Positions 10,294 through 21,796 of a DNA stretch of 64,000 nucleotides are shown piece by piece. Positions within the stretch are counted from its first letter, which is position 1, and the number at the start of each line of letters is the position of its first letter. The notes below the pieces were generated by a model. The model saw only the letters and a program-made list of their open reading frames with translations, searched no databases and had not been told where the DNA came from. The stretch comes from Gammaproteobacteria bacterium (GTDB taxonomy: Bacteria > Pseudomonadota > Gammaproteobacteria > SZUA-229), in contig JAPHRO010000042.1 in the NCBI GenBank assembly GCA_026195895.1, positions 19,086 to 83,085 of the forward strand. Direction: 5' to 3'. Position numbers and translations under genes: made by a program.

Positions 10294-10334
10294 TTAGCCA
10301 GGGCACATACAATTTAAATTTGGAGATTCACGCT

Positions 10335-11804
10335 GTGTCCAGCTCACAACTCAATCTGTTTTCCTTTAGCGGCAATACACGAATACTGCATTTCACCTGG
10401 TTTGCTTTCTTCTTAAGTTTTGTCATGTGGTTCAACCTGGCACCTTTTAAAGAATCGGTAATGGCCGCCTTTGACCTCACTGACCAGCAATGGAAAACTC
10501 TGCTGATTCTGAATATTGCGCTGACCATTCCGGCGCGCATTATCATCGGTATGCTGGTCGATAAATTTGGCCCCAGGATTATGTACAGCGCTCTGCTGTT
10601 CTCCTCGAGTCTGCTCTGTTTTGCTTTTGCCATGGCCGACAGTTTTGAGATGATGGCTATCATGCGTTTCCTGATGGGTTTCGTCGGGGCCGGTTTTGTT
10701 ATCGGCATTCGTATGATCGGCGAATGGTTCCCGGCTAAAACCGTTGGCGTTGCTGAAGGCGTTTACGGTGGCTGGGGTAATTTTGGTTCAGCGGCGGCAG
10801 CGATGTCACTGCCGACCCTGGCACTCATGTTCGGCGGTGACGATGGCTGGCGCTATGCAATTGCCTCTACCGGCGTGATTGCCCTGATCTATTCCGCGAT
10901 CTATTACTTTAACGTGCATAACACGCCAAAAGGCTCGACTTACTTCAAACCAAAAAAAACCGGCGCCATGGAAGTCACCAGCAAAAATGATTTTTATCTG
11001 TATGTGGTGATGAATATTCCCATGTACATCGCCCTGGCGGTGCTGAACTGGAAACTCGGCCCTGCTAATCTTGGCATGCTCACCGATACGGCCAGCACGG
11101 CGATTTACCTGATACTGTTTGCCATGTTCGTTTATCAATTTGCACAGATCTGGAAAATCAATAAACATATCTTTACCGAAGAAGTAGCTGAAATTCATCG
11201 CTATAAATTCAAACAGGTCGCGGTGCTGAACCTGGCCTACCTGGTGACCTTCGGTTCTGAACTTGCTGTGGTTTCTATGCTGCCTGGCTTCTTTATGGAT
11301 ACCTTTGAACTGACCCAGGTACTGGCGGGTACGCTGGCAGCCGGTTTTGCCTTTATGAATCTGGTAGCACGCCCCGGCGGCGGCCTGTTCAGCGACAGGT
11401 TTGGCCGCAAGAAAACCCTGATGTTCCTCCTCGGTGGCCTGACGATTGGTTATCTGATGATGAGTCAGATCACCTCCGGCTGGATAATCGCAGCAGCGGT
11501 TATGACTACGATGGCCTGTTCATTCTTTGTGCAGGCCGGTGAAGGTGCAGTATTCGCCATGGTGCCGCTGGTTAAACGTCGCATGACTGGACAGATTGCC
11601 GGCATGGCTGGCGCTTACGGTAACGTTGGTGGCGTGACCTTCCTGACCGTTTACTCCTTCGTCGAGCCGGCAACTTTCTTCATGGTGATTGCCGCAGCGG
11701 CCGTTGTAACCTTTGCGATCATTGCTATTTTTATGGAAGAACCTGAAGGCCATATAGCTGAAGTCATGCCTGACGGCACGGTAGAAATGATTGAGGTTTC
11801 ATAA
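10335..11804 (+). CDS. narK: NarK/Nrt2-family nitrate/nitrite MFS transporter
   Basis: 12 TM helices; nitrate signature [10 protein letters not shown] and [14 protein letters not shown] start after GGAG RBS. Confidence 0.92.
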   Translation: MSSSQLNLFSFSGNTRILHFTWFAFFLSFVMWFNLAPFKESVMAAFDLTDQQWKTLLILNIALTIPARIIIGMLVDKFGPRIMYSALLFSSSLLCFAFAMADSFEMMAIMRFLMGFVGAGFVIGIRMIGEWFPAKTVGVAEGVYGGWGNFGSAAAAMSLPTLALMFGGDDGWRYAIASTGVIALIYSAIYYFNVHNTPKGSTYFKPKKTGAMEVTSKNDFYLYVVMNIPMYIALAVLNWKLGPANLGMLTDTASTAIYLILFAMFVYQFAQIWKINKHIFTEEVAEIHRYKFKQVAVLNLAYLVTFGSELAVVSMLPGFFMDTFELTQVLAGTLAAGFAFMNLVARPGGGLFSDRFGRKKTLMFLLGGLTIGYLMMSQITSGWIIAAAVMTTMACSFFVQAGEGAVFAMVPLVKRRMTGQIAGMAGAYGNVGGVTFLTVYSFVEPATFFMVIAAAAVVTFAIIAIFMEEPEGHIAEVMPDGTVEMIEVS

Positions 11805-11879
11805 GCTTTACAAACTGATATTATCCAGTCTAATCGTCGCCCCATTTCAGGGGCGGCCTTCTTTTAAAAAGATTTTTTT

Positions 11880-13589
11880 ATGACCGGCAAGTTAACAGTA
11901 TCCATCGGACAAAGTTCCGATAAAGGCATCAAGCCGCAAAATGAAGATTCCTATGGCGTACTGAGCCCCGACGACAAGTTACTGGATAGCAAGGGTATCG
12001 CCGCTATTGTGGCCGACGGCATGGGTAGTTGCGCCTATCCCAGGGAAGCCAGCGAATACTGTGTAAAAGGTTTTTTTAGCGACTACTACAGCACGGCTGA
12101 TTCCTGGACGGTAAAAACCTCCGCCGCCAAAGTGCTCACGGCACTAAATAGCTGGCTCTATGGTAAAAGCTCGAACGATCAGGTCAGGGCCTACGTATCA
12201 ACCTTTAGCGCGCTGATCATTAAATCAACCACGGCCCATATTTTTCAGATTGGTGATTCACGCATTTATCGATTTCGTGACGGCATGCTGGAACAACTCA
12301 CCCAGGATCATCGGGTCTGGTTTTCCCAGGAAAAAAATTATCTGAGTCGCGCCATTGGCATCGACCTGCATCTGGATATCGATTACAAAACCCTGGAAGC
12401 TGAAGTGGACGACCTGTTTATCATGACCACCGACGGCGTGCATGATTATGTCAGCGATCAACAGCTTAAAAATCTGCTGACCGGTACAGGCGATCTGGAT
12501 GTGATCGCCGATAAAATTGTCATGATGGCGCTGGAGCAGCAAAGCCATGACAATGTCACCTGCCAGATTATTCGGGTCGATAAACTTCCCAGTCAGACGG
12601 CCAGTGAAGTCTACCGTGAACTGGCGAAACTGCCCTTTCCCCCCGAGCTGGAACCGGGCATGGAACTGGATGGCTACCGGATACTCAGGGAAATAAGTGC
12701 CAGCCCCACCAGCCAGCTATATCTGGTTGAAGACAGGGCATCCGGCCAGCACATGGTGATGAAAACACCCTCGGTTAATTACGATGACGATCCGTCTTAT
12801 ATCGAACGCTTTCACCTGGAAGAATGGGCCGGCAAACGGCTCAGACACAAAAATATACTGGCAACCTACGAACAAACCCGCCCGCGAAACTTTCTGTATT
12901 TCCTGATGGAATACATCGACGGCCAGACGCTGGCGCAATGGATTCAGCAAAACCCGACACCGGATATTAAAATCGTCACGGGCATCATTGAACAACTCAT
13001 CCAGGGTATACGCGCTATCCATCGCATGGAAATGCTGCACCGGGATTTGAAGCCGGATAACATCATCCTTACTCCCGATGGCATCGTAAAAATCATCGAT
13101 TTTGGCTCGATTAAAATCGCCGGTATTCAGGAAATCAGTACGCCGGTAGAACGACTGGAGCTGCTGGGCACCAGGAACTATACTGCACCCGAGTATCTGA
13201 TCGGCATGGCCGGCAGCAACAAATCCGACCTGTTTTCACTCGGCATTATCTGTTACCAGATGCTCACTGGAAAACTACCCTATGGCGATCGCCTCAACCG
13301 CAATAGCAACTGGCGTTCCATTAGTAAAATCCGCTACATTTCAGCGCTCAATTACAATCCAATGATTCCATTGTGGCTGGATGGTGCAATTGAAAAGGCC
13401 GTGCGCTGCGACGCACGCATGCGTTATGAGACTTTTTCCGAGTTTTTCCACGACCTCACCCACCCCAATAATTCTTTCATGAAACAGAATTTGCCCCTGA
13501 TCGAAAAGAATCCGCTTGTTGTCTGGCAATTGATCGCGGCAATTCTGGCCATCGGCAATGTTATCCTGGCCTATCTTTTATTAAATTAA
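11880..13589 (+). CDS. bifunctional PP2C phosphatase / Ser-Thr protein kinase with C-terminal TM
   Basis: NEDS, VADGMG, GDSR, TDGV, HDN (PP2C); HRDLKPDN, DFG, YTAPE (Hanks kinase). Confidence 0.9.
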   Translation: MTGKLTVSIGQSSDKGIKPQNEDSYGVLSPDDKLLDSKGIAAIVADGMGSCAYPREASEYCVKGFFSDYYSTADSWTVKTSAAKVLTALNSWLYGKSSNDQVRAYVSTFSALIIKSTTAHIFQIGDSRIYRFRDGMLEQLTQDHRVWFSQEKNYLSRAIGIDLHLDIDYKTLEAEVDDLFIMTTDGVHDYVSDQQLKNLLTGTGDLDVIADKIVMMALEQQSHDNVTCQIIRVDKLPSQTASEVYRELAKLPFPPELEPGMELDGYRILREISASPTSQLYLVEDRASGQHMVMKTPSVNYDDDPSYIERFHLEEWAGKRLRHKNILATYEQTRPRNFLYFLMEYIDGQTLAQWIQQNPTPDIKIVTGIIEQLIQGIRAIHRMEMLHRDLKPDNIILTPDGIVKIIDFGSIKIAGIQEISTPVERLELLGTRNYTAPEYLIGMAGSNKSDLFSLGIICYQMLTGKLPYGDRLNRNSNWRSISKIRYISALNYNPMIPLWLDGAIEKAVRCDARMRYETFSEFFHDLTHPNNSFMKQNLPLIEKNPLVVWQLIAAILAIGNVILAYLLLN

Positions 13590-13696
13590 ACTCTCCGACA
13601 AATACGCTTTAAGCAAAATCAATGACGAATCAGTGAATATTCGCCGGACTGTACTACAATGTATTAATCTATTGTTTTTACACCGGTTTTGAGTCT

Positions 13697-15625
13697 ATGC
13701 CTGCCAATCAACAAACCTCTGCCGAAGTCATCGACCTGAGGAAAAGCCTGCGCAACCGAGAGGCTGAAATTGAGTTATTGCAGGAAACTTTTGAGCAGGT
13801 GGGCAGCGAACTGGAGCTGGAAAAAGTCTTCCAGATTGTGGCTGAACGCGCCCATCAACTGGTACAGGCTGAAACCATACTTATTCCGATACTGGACGAC
13901 GACTGCGAAACTTACACCTATCGCGGCGGTTCGGGTAAAAATGCCAGCGAAATCGTGGGTGAATCACTTCCCATCAACTTCGGGGTCTGCGGCTGGGTAT
14001 GGCGACATAAAAAAGCCTGGTGGCGTGGCATACTCGATGAACTCAACGAAGAAGAGCGCAATCTCTGGGAACAGGAAGCCGGCACGGTCATACTGGTTCC
14101 CCTGCAAGGAAAAAAACACTTTCTTGGTGGCATCGCCGGCATTAATAAAATTGGCGGCGGCGAGTTTGATCGTCGCGATATGGTATTACTTTCACTGTTT
14201 GCCAGCATTGTTGCCATAGCGATTGAAAACGCCATGGCAGTGCAAAGAATTGAATATGCCAACCAGACCAACGAAAAAAATCAACACCGATTAGAACGAC
14301 TGAATCGCCAGCTCATGGAAAGCAGTCGAGAACTGGAACAGTTGTCGCTTTATGATCCGGTAACCTCCCTGCCAAATCGGTCGCTGTTTCATGATCGCCT
14401 CAATCAGAACATCTCGGTTGCTCAGAAAAACAATCAGCATATTGGTGTACTGCTGGTGGATCTGAATAACTTCAAGGGCATTAATGAAACGCTGGGTCAC
14501 GAACAGGGTGATCAGTTACTCAAGGAATTTGCTCAACGATTACTCAGCATTCTTAATCCCGACGAAACCATCAGCCGACTGGGGGGTGACGAATTCGGTC
14601 TAATACTGCCCAAGTCCGATGCCAAAAAAACGCTGGCCCGCGGCAGGAAACTGCTTCAGCTACTGGATGATTACTTTGTGATAGATCATGCAGAAATCAC
14701 CATCGGCGCCTGTATAGGCGCCTGCATCTATCCAGATCATGGCGATGATATTGCCAATTTATTACGTCGTGCTGATAACGCCATGCATAACGCAAAAAGA
14801 CAAAAGCGCGATATATTTCTCTATGATCCCGAAGAAGATCATTCGTCCATGCGTCAGCTCACCATGGCTACGGATTTACGCAAGGCCTTCGATGAAAACC
14901 AGTTTGAACTGTTTTACCAGCCCAAAATAAACATGGCAGACGATAGCCTGATTGGTGTTGAAGCACTGGGCCGCTGGAAACACCCTTTACGCGGCTATAT
15001 TCCGCCCGCTATTTTTATTCCTAATCTTGAGCAATTAGGCATGATCGACAGGTTCACCTATAAAGCCATTGAATTAGCACTGGATCAGATTAGCCAGTGG
15101 GAACAACAGGGATACAACATTAAAGTTGCGATCAACTTATCTACTCAGACATTAATGAATCCAGAATTCATTCTTCATCTAAAAGATATTATTAAAAATC
15201 CTGCTACCGGCGAAAAATTACTCTTTGAAATTACCGAAAATTTATTCCTGTCAGAATATGATCGACTATCCGAGACTTTAGCTTTTATCAGAGACCTGGG
15301 TATTCATCTTTCCATTGACGACTTTGGTACCGGCTATTCATCACTCAGTCGATTAAAAAAATTGCCGGTTAGCGAATTAAAAATTGATCAGTCATTTGTT
15401 ACCGACATGATTGATGATGCTGATGATAAAGTTATCGTGAAGTCGACCATAGAGCTGGCGCATAATCTCGGCCTGAACGTGGTTGCCGAAGGCATAGAAA
15501 CCGAAGATGTATATAAAAAACTTAAACTAATGGGTTGTGATATCGCCCAGGGTTATTTTATTAGCAAACCCATACCCAGTAATGAATTCGATCAGTTTTT
15601 ACAACAGCAAAACATCTCCAGTTAA
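13697..15625 (+). CDS. GAF-GGDEF-EAL diguanylate cyclase/phosphodiesterase
   Basis: N-terminal GAF; RLGGDEF; EALGRW; DDFGTGYSS. Confidence 0.92.
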   Translation: MPANQQTSAEVIDLRKSLRNREAEIELLQETFEQVGSELELEKVFQIVAERAHQLVQAETILIPILDDDCETYTYRGGSGKNASEIVGESLPINFGVCGWVWRHKKAWWRGILDELNEEERNLWEQEAGTVILVPLQGKKHFLGGIAGINKIGGGEFDRRDMVLLSLFASIVAIAIENAMAVQRIEYANQTNEKNQHRLERLNRQLMESSRELEQLSLYDPVTSLPNRSLFHDRLNQNISVAQKNNQHIGVLLVDLNNFKGINETLGHEQGDQLLKEFAQRLLSILNPDETISRLGGDEFGLILPKSDAKKTLARGRKLLQLLDDYFVIDHAEITIGACIGACIYPDHGDDIANLLRRADNAMHNAKRQKRDIFLYDPEEDHSSMRQLTMATDLRKAFDENQFELFYQPKINMADDSLIGVEALGRWKHPLRGYIPPAIFIPNLEQLGMIDRFTYKAIELALDQISQWEQQGYNIKVAINLSTQTLMNPEFILHLKDIIKNPATGEKLLFEITENLFLSEYDRLSETLAFIRDLGIHLSIDDFGTGYSSLSRLKKLPVSELKIDQSFVTDMIDDADDKVIVKSTIELAHNLGLNVVAEGIETEDVYKKLKLMGCDIAQGYFISKPIPSNEFDQFLQQQNISS

Positions 15626-15636
15626 AATTCTAACGC

Positions 15637-17811
15637 TTAAACTTTGCTGCGACTAACACTTACTATATTCGGTAACTGGCCTACTTTATCCATCACTCTG
15701 CCAAGTTGTTGCAGGTCGCTAATTTCAGCACTAATCGTCATATCAGCAGTCTGATCATCTTTATTTGACAGGGTATTCACACCAATAACATCGACTTTTT
15801 CATCCGCCAGCACCTTGCTTACATCACGTAACAAACCCTGGCGATCAATCGCCTCAACGTGAATAGATACCTGATAAGTTTTAGCCAGATCACCGCCCCA
15901 TTCGGCTTCGATTAAGCGCCCTCTTTTATCTGCTTCCAGGTTAATAATATTGACACAATCCTGACGATGAATGCTTATTCCCTGGCCGCGGGTAATAAAG
16001 CCAATAATTTGATCACCGGGAACCGGTTTACAGCAATTTGCGATCGAGGTTAATAAATTCCCTACACCTCTAACACGAACCTCATCACCTTTGGCCTGAA
16101 CCTTTTTAGTCGGATATTTTTTTGTTTCCAGCGGAATAACATTTTCATCTTTCGGCATGTATGCCTGATGCAGAGCATTGGCAATCTGCCCGAAAGTTAT
16201 ATCGCCTCGACCAATGGCGGCATACATTTCCTCGACTGTTTGCCATTTAAAGTGAACAGAAATTTGCTGCGCATCAACTTTGCCTAAACCGAGTCGATTA
16301 ACTTCTCGGTCAAAGACAACTTTTCCATCAATCTGGTTTTGTGCATAATCCTGATGTTTGAACCAACTACGTACTTTCGCCCGTGCACGATTGGTTTTTA
16401 AATAGCCGAGGTTGGGATTCATCCAGTCGCGACTGGGGGCCGCTGTTTTTGAAGTTAATACCTCTACCCGCTCACCATTCTGCAACTCGTAAGTTAACTG
16501 CACGATGTGGCCATTGACTTTGGCACCACGACAGCGATGACCTATTTCCGAATGCACGATATAGGCAAAATCCAGCGGCGTTGAACCCTGGGGTAAATCA
16601 ATTACCTTACCCTTGGGGGTCAGAATAAATACACGATCGGGAAATAACTCGGTATGAAAACTGTCGATCAGTTCTTCATCTTTGGTTTCATTGGGATCGA
16701 GTAATTTGCGCAACGAAACAATACCTTTTTCCAGATTGGCATCACTGTTCGTACCTTCTTTATAACGCCAGTGAGCGGCAACACCATATTCTGAAAATTC
16801 GTGCATTTCACGGGTGCGAATCTGAATTTCCAGCGGTTTGCCTTCCGGCCCCAGCACTGCAGTGTGCAAGGACTGGTAACCGTTTTCTTTTGAATTCGCT
16901 ATGTAATCATCAAACTCTTTGGCAATATGTCGCCATTTGCCATGCACCAGGCCGAGGGCGGTATAACATTCGGCAATGGTATCGACAGTAATGCGAATCG
17001 CACGCACATCAAACAGCTCGGTAAAATCCTTTTGCTTGGCGACCATTTTTTTCCAGATACTGTAAATATGTTTGGGGCGGCCATAAACTTCTGCATGGAC
17101 GCCCGAAGCATCTAGCATCGACCTGATTTCAGAGACCACATTACAGATATATTCTTCACGCGCTTCCCGCCGTTCTTCCAGCATTTTTGCAATGCGTCGG
17201 TAAGTCATCGGTTCCAGATAACGAAAGGACAAATCTTCCAGTTCCCACTTTAGCTGCCCTATGCCCAGACGATTGGCGAGTGGGGCAAAAATCTCCAGTG
17301 TTTCCCGTGCAATATTAGAGCGCAGTTCTTCGTTAGCAGTGCTTGCCAACTGGCGTAACCGCTGAACTCGATAGGCCAGTTTAATGAGTATGACCCGTAC
17401 ATCTTCCACCATGGATAACAGCATGCGGCGTAATCGTTCCGCCTGGTCAGGCGCATCGGACTGGTGGCTGTCAAGCTGAAAATCATGCAACCAGCGAACC
17501 TTTTCAACCATGTGGATTATGTCGGCGCTAAAATTTTTTCCCAGACGTTCGACGAGTTCTTCTTTCTGTAAACGAGAATCGCCCAGCAGCGCAACAATCA
17601 ATGTGGTTTCATCAACACCCAGGTCTGCCAGAATAAGCGCCACATCCAGACCACTGGGAAGATCTGACGGCTTGTCCTGTACTGACCAGCTTATTTCACA
17701 GGCTTTTCTCAGTGGACTATTTTCATCGAGACGCTTGTCGGTAAGCTTCTGTAAAAATTCATCCACTGTATATTGATGAACGATACCGGGCTGAGGCTTT
17801 GTTTTTTGCAT
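15637..17811 (-). CDS. relA: GTP pyrophosphokinase RelA
   Basis: APLANRLG, GRPKHIYSI, EFDDY (ExDD), YQSLHT, TGS and ACT domains; degenerate HD (ALLGD) as expected for RelA rather than SpoT. Confidence 0.93.
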   Translation of the reverse strand: MQKTKPQPGIVHQYTVDEFLQKLTDKRLDENSPLRKACEISWSVQDKPSDLPSGLDVALILADLGVDETTLIVALLGDSRLQKEELVERLGKNFSADIIHMVEKVRWLHDFQLDSHQSDAPDQAERLRRMLLSMVEDVRVILIKLAYRVQRLRQLASTANEELRSNIARETLEIFAPLANRLGIGQLKWELEDLSFRYLEPMTYRRIAKMLEERREAREEYICNVVSEIRSMLDASGVHAEVYGRPKHIYSIWKKMVAKQKDFTELFDVRAIRITVDTIAECYTALGLVHGKWRHIAKEFDDYIANSKENGYQSLHTAVLGPEGKPLEIQIRTREMHEFSEYGVAAHWRYKEGTNSDANLEKGIVSLRKLLDPNETKDEELIDSFHTELFPDRVFILTPKGKVIDLPQGSTPLDFAYIVHSEIGHRCRGAKVNGHIVQLTYELQNGERVEVLTSKTAAPSRDWMNPNLGYLKTNRARAKVRSWFKHQDYAQNQIDGKVVFDREVNRLGLGKVDAQQISVHFKWQTVEEMYAAIGRGDITFGQIANALHQAYMPKDENVIPLETKKYPTKKVQAKGDEVRVRGVGNLLTSIANCCKPVPGDQIIGFITRGQGISIHRQDCVNIINLEADKRGRLIEAEWGGDLAKTYQVSIHVEAIDRQGLLRDVSKVLADEKVDVIGVNTLSNKDDQTADMTISAEISDLQQLGRVMDKVGQLPNIVSVSRSKV

Positions 17812-17920
17812 TGCAGGCTTTTTTAGTTGAGGTCGACTGGACCCCAGAGATTTTAGGCTAAATTATCAGCGAATGTGGGAAATTGCATTTATTAACGGGT
17901 AGCAAGCACAAACATGTAAA

Positions 17921-18340
17921 TCAGTGATTCTGGCACTCAGGATCAGTGCAGTGTCCGTACAGGATCATGCTGTGCTCAGTGATGACAAAGTTATGCTCGG
18001 CCGCAATTTTATTCTGCCGATCCTCTATGATTTCATCCATAAATTCGGTTACCTTGCCGCATTTCAGGCATACCATGTGATCGTGGTGGCCACCCTGATT
18101 AAGTTCAAATACCGCCTGGCCACCTTCAAAATGATGTCGATTTACCAGGCCGGCACCTTCAAATTGCGTCAGCACACGGTATACCGTTGCCAGACCAATT
18201 TCTTCACCGGCTTCCAGCAGGGCTTTATAGATATCCTCGGCACTCTGGTGGCGTTCCTGAGTCGCTTCCAGCAGTTCCAGAATCTTCATTCTGGGCAGCG
18301 TAACTTTCAGGCCGGCCTTTTTTAAATCAGCGGTTTCCAT
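17921..18340 (-). CDS. fur: ferric uptake regulator
   Basis: LKKAGLKVTLPR, GLATVYRVL, HHDHMVC; divergent from bamE. Confidence 0.97.
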   Translation of the reverse strand: METADLKKAGLKVTLPRMKILELLEATQERHQSAEDIYKALLEAGEEIGLATVYRVLTQFEGAGLVNRHHFEGGQAVFELNQGGHHDHMVCLKCGKVTEFMDEIIEDRQNKIAAEHNFVITEHSMILYGHCTDPECQNH

Positions 18341-18423
18341 GTAAACTCCTGCTGGTTTTTATGTTCTTATGCTAATATTCAGCACCCTATTATACGCACA
18401 AACGACCCTGAACATTAATCTAT

Positions 18424-18780
18424 ATGCGAAAGAATCTCATTTTTATTGCAATTTTATCCTCTGTAAACCTTGCTTCCTGCACCAGTATTTTGCCCGAACC
18501 GCATAAAATCGATATCCAGCAGGGCAATCGCGTCAAGCAGGAAGATTTTGAAAAACTCAAACTCGGCATGAACCGCAAACAGGTGATATTTATTCTCGGC
18601 ACCCCCCTGTTGCAGGATGGTTTTCACCAAAATCGCTGGGATTATCTTTTTTATCTGATACCGGGCAATGCAGAACCACGCCAGTCACGACTTAGTTTGT
18701 TTTTTGAAAATGATATACTGGTCCGTATTGATGACAGCCAGTACACACCCGAAGTGCAGGAAATAGAACCCGCTAAATAG
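18424..18780 (+). CDS. bamE: outer membrane assembly lipoprotein BamE
   Basis: Lipobox LASC, IQQGN, GM...QV.FILGTP, RWDY; fur-bamE synteny. Confidence 0.93.
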   Translation: MRKNLIFIAILSSVNLASCTSILPEPHKIDIQQGNRVKQEDFEKLKLGMNRKQVIFILGTPLLQDGFHQNRWDYLFYLIPGNAEPRQSRLSLFFENDILVRIDDSQYTPEVQEIEPAK

Positions 18781-18832
18781 CGGTGACTGTTGGCTAGAAA
18801 ATAGAGATATCGGTCACAGGCAAGCCAGGAAA

Positions 18833-19159
18833 TTACGCCGACTCGCTAGCGCCGCCCCCTTTCTTCATCCGCTTGCCTTCCGCTTCACGTTTACGCCGAA
18901 CTTCCTTGGGATCCGCAATCAGGGGCCGGTAGATCTCTACCCGGTCACCCGGATTCAATTCAACCGTTTTTTTTGACAGCTTGCCAAAAATACCCAGCTT
19001 GTTTTTATCCAGATCAATTTCAGGAAACTGCTCCAGAATGCCGGACTCCTGTATCGCCTGCTCAGCCGTGGCGCCAACTGGCATATCCACATTGATTATG
19101 ACCTGCTGATCAGCGCGGGCATAGGCGACTTCAACATCTATGGATTCAGATTCGCTCAC
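18833..19159 (-). CDS. rnfH: RnfH/RatB ubiquitin-like protein
   Basis: VEVAYA, GIFGK, GDRVEIYRPLIADPKEVRR. GTG start overlaps the ratA end. Confidence 0.9.
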   Translation of the reverse strand: MSESESIDVEVAYARADQQVIINVDMPVGATAEQAIQESGILEQFPEIDLDKNKLGIFGKLSKKTVELNPGDRVEIYRPLIADPKEVRRKREAEGKRMKKGGGASESA

Positions 19160-19589
19160 CGTAAACCTCAATTGCTCGTTTTGTAAAGGCATCCACCATG
19201 GAATTCGCTATCTGGTTAAACACGGAACCCATCGCCAGCGCGATGAGTTTGCTTTCAAACTCAAAGTCCAGGTCAAAGGAGATTTTGCAGGCCTCGCTGC
19301 TTTTCAACGTGTCGAATCGCCAGTATCCCTGCAAATGTTTAAAGGGGCCTTTTAACAGACGCATTTCAATCATTTTATTTTTTTGCATACGATTGATGGT
19401 GGTAAAGGATTTGTTCAATGCACCCCTGGCTATTTCGATACTGGCCTTCACTTCATCCTCGGTTTTGGCAAGGACCTCGGTTGATCGACACCAGGGCAAA
19501 AATGCTGGATAGGTTTCTATGTCTTCCACCAACTGGTACATCTCCTCCACGGAGTATGGCACCAGGGCGCTACGGGAAATTAACGGCAC
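19146..19589 (-). CDS. ratA: RatA/Coq10 START-domain protein
   Basis: SALVPYS...YPAFLPWC, GPFKHLQGYW; GTG start at 19589. Confidence 0.9.
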   Translation of the reverse strand: MPLISRSALVPYSVEEMYQLVEDIETYPAFLPWCRSTEVLAKTEDEVKASIEIARGALNKSFTTINRMQKNKMIEMRLLKGPFKHLQGYWRFDTLKSSEACKISFDLDFEFESKLIALAMGSVFNQIANSMVDAFTKRAIEVYGERI

Positions 19590-19614
19590 AATACTTTTCT
19601 TTATTCGCTTTGCT

Positions 19615-21000
19615 TTATTCGAATTTAAGGACACCAATCACATTCAGGAATACGATCATTACCGCAAATGGGGTAATAAACCGCACCAGGAACAGCCAGA
19701 GATTATACCCGGATTCGGTCATGTTTAGCTCGTCTTTCGAAGATTGCTGATACATCAACCAGCCCGCAAAAATCGCGATCATCAATCCACCCAGTGGCAA
19801 CATAATATTGGCGGTGGCGATATCTAATACATCAAACATGCCGGCGGTTTTTTTCTCACCTGCAAACTCGAATTCGAATGCCCAGACATTGAAAGACAGT
19901 GCGGTAACTATCCCCATCAGCCAGGTAACGATACCAACCCATACTGAGGCATAAATTCGGTTCATACCTCTGTTTTCTACTAGCCAGGCCACGGCGGGTT
20001 CTATCAATGATATGGCCGAGCTCCAGGCAGCAAACACCAGTAACGCAAAAAACATGGTGCCAATTAAAATACCCGCTTCCATCTGACCAAATGCAATCGG
20101 CAGGGTTTTGAAAATCAGGCCAGGACCGGAGCCAGGCTCCAGGCCATTGGCAAAAACGATTGGGAAAATGACCATGCCTGCCAGCAAGGCGACAACTGTA
20201 TCCGCTGCGGCAATGATAATTGACGTTTTAGCAATCGAAGTGTCTTTCGGAAGATAAGAACCATAAACCATGATCGCTCCCATCCCAAGACTCAAGGTAA
20301 AAAATGCATGCCCCATTGCTGTCAGAATGGAACCCCGGGTAATTTTGCTGAAATCAGGCGAGAATAAAAAAGATAATCCTTCCAGGAAGGCACCGGTGGT
20401 GGCCGCATAAAACACCAGGATAAGTAATAGTAAAAATAACAGTGGCATTAAAAAACGCACAGTTTTTTCCAGGCCGTGTTGCACGCCTCGTGCCACAACA
20501 ACCATTGTCGCCACCATAAATATCGTATGCCATGCAAGTAGCTTTTCAGGATCACTGACCAGTTGCCCAAATATACTACTCACACCATCTGACGTTACCC
20601 CCTCGAACATACCGGAAGCGGCACGGAACACATAGGACAACGCCCAGCCCGCAATGACACTGTAATAGGAAAGAATCAGGAATCCAGCAATAACCCCCAT
20701 CCAGCCTAAACCTGCCCAGATTGCAGGCCGACCATTTTCTGCCGCCAGCGTGGCCATGGTATTGATGGGGCTCTGGCGACCACGACGCCCCAGCATAACT
20801 TCCGCCATCATGATGGGAATACCAATAACAGCAATACATAAAAGATAAATCAGCACAAACGCGCCACCGCCATTTTCACCGGCTATATAGGGAAACTTCC
20901 AGATATTGCCCAGCCCCACCGCCGATCCAGTCGCCGCCAGAATAAACGCCATGCGCCCTGACCACTGGCCATGAATAGATGTACGTTGTTCATCTACCAT
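19615..21000 (-). CDS. sodium-dependent NSS (SNF) family transporter
   Basis: GSAVGLGNIWKFPY, GGGAF, FFTLSLG motifs. Confidence 0.92.
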   Translation of the reverse strand: MVDEQRTSIHGQWSGRMAFILAATGSAVGLGNIWKFPYIAGENGGGAFVLIYLLCIAVIGIPIMMAEVMLGRRGRQSPINTMATLAAENGRPAIWAGLGWMGVIAGFLILSYYSVIAGWALSYVFRAASGMFEGVTSDGVSSIFGQLVSDPEKLLAWHTIFMVATMVVVARGVQHGLEKTVRFLMPLLFLLLLILVFYAATTGAFLEGLSFLFSPDFSKITRGSILTAMGHAFFTLSLGMGAIMVYGSYLPKDTSIAKTSIIIAAADTVVALLAGMVIFPIVFANGLEPGSGPGLIFKTLPIAFGQMEAGILIGTMFFALLVFAAWSSAISLIEPAVAWLVENRGMNRIYASVWVGIVTWLMGIVTALSFNVWAFEFEFAGEKKTAGMFDVLDIATANIMLPLGGLMIAIFAGWLMYQQSSKDELNMTESGYNLWLFLVRFITPFAVMIVFLNVIGVLKFE

Positions 21001-21273
21001 TTATGTCTCCGATTTATGTTTTTTGTATTTGGCCTGCATTTTGGGCAAAAACGCGCTATTACTCAAGGGCAGCCCTGATTATTCTGGATGCGTCAGATTC
21101 TGTTGCAAAATTTGATGATTTACGGCGGCAAGCGCAGGTATTAGCACGTTTGGGAAACCGGATTCGCGAATTTTTAACTCAAGCAGCAGCTTCATCAATG
21201 ATTAGAGCTGCCCTCTACACTTTAACGACGGTATAATCCGCACTCCTTCAATCTTCAAGTTATTTAAAGAGTC

Positions 21274-21756
21274 ATGGGCAAGCAGAAAAAAACGAAAAAG
21301 GCGACTGGCAACACTATTGCACTGAATAAAAAAGCGCGTCATGACTATAGCATCGAGGATAAATTTGAAGCCGGCCTGGTGTTACAGGGCTGGGAAGTCA
21401 AAAGCTTACGGGAAGGCCGGGTGCAGATGACAGATACCTATGTCATGGTCAAAGATGGCGAGATCTACTGGCTGGGTGGACAGATCACTCCGTTGTTATC
21501 CGCCTCCACCCACGTCAACCCAGAGCCAGGCCGGGCGCGTAAATTACTGCTGCACCGCAGGGAAATCGATAAACTGATTGGCGCCGTCGACCGCAAGGGC
21601 TACACCCTGGTGCCGCTGGCCATGTACTGGAAAAAAGGTCGTGCAAAACTGGAAATTGGCCTGGCCAAAGGCAAGAAAGATCACGATAAACGCGCCGATA
21701 GCAAAGAACGTGACTGGAACCGGGAAAAACAGCGGATTTTAAAACATAATCGTTGA
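21274..21756 (+). CDS. smpB: SsrA-binding protein
   Basis: [31 protein letters not shown]. Confidence 0.97.
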   Translation: MGKQKKTKKATGNTIALNKKARHDYSIEDKFEAGLVLQGWEVKSLREGRVQMTDTYVMVKDGEIYWLGGQITPLLSASTHVNPEPGRARKLLLHRREIDKLIGAVDRKGYTLVPLAMYWKKGRAKLEIGLAKGKKDHDKRADSKERDWNREKQRILKHNR

Positions 21757-21796
21757 CAGGATCTGGTCCGCAAATGCGGACGTAATATACTAAAAC

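Noticed and set aside
15637-17811. relA as a pseudogene or unusual allele because HD is lost
   Set aside because: A degenerate hydrolase domain is normal for gammaproteobacterial RelA.
21757-21796. tmRNA (ssrA) after smpB
   Set aside because: Only 40 bp, containing a small hairpin (GTCCGCA-AA-TGCGGAC).
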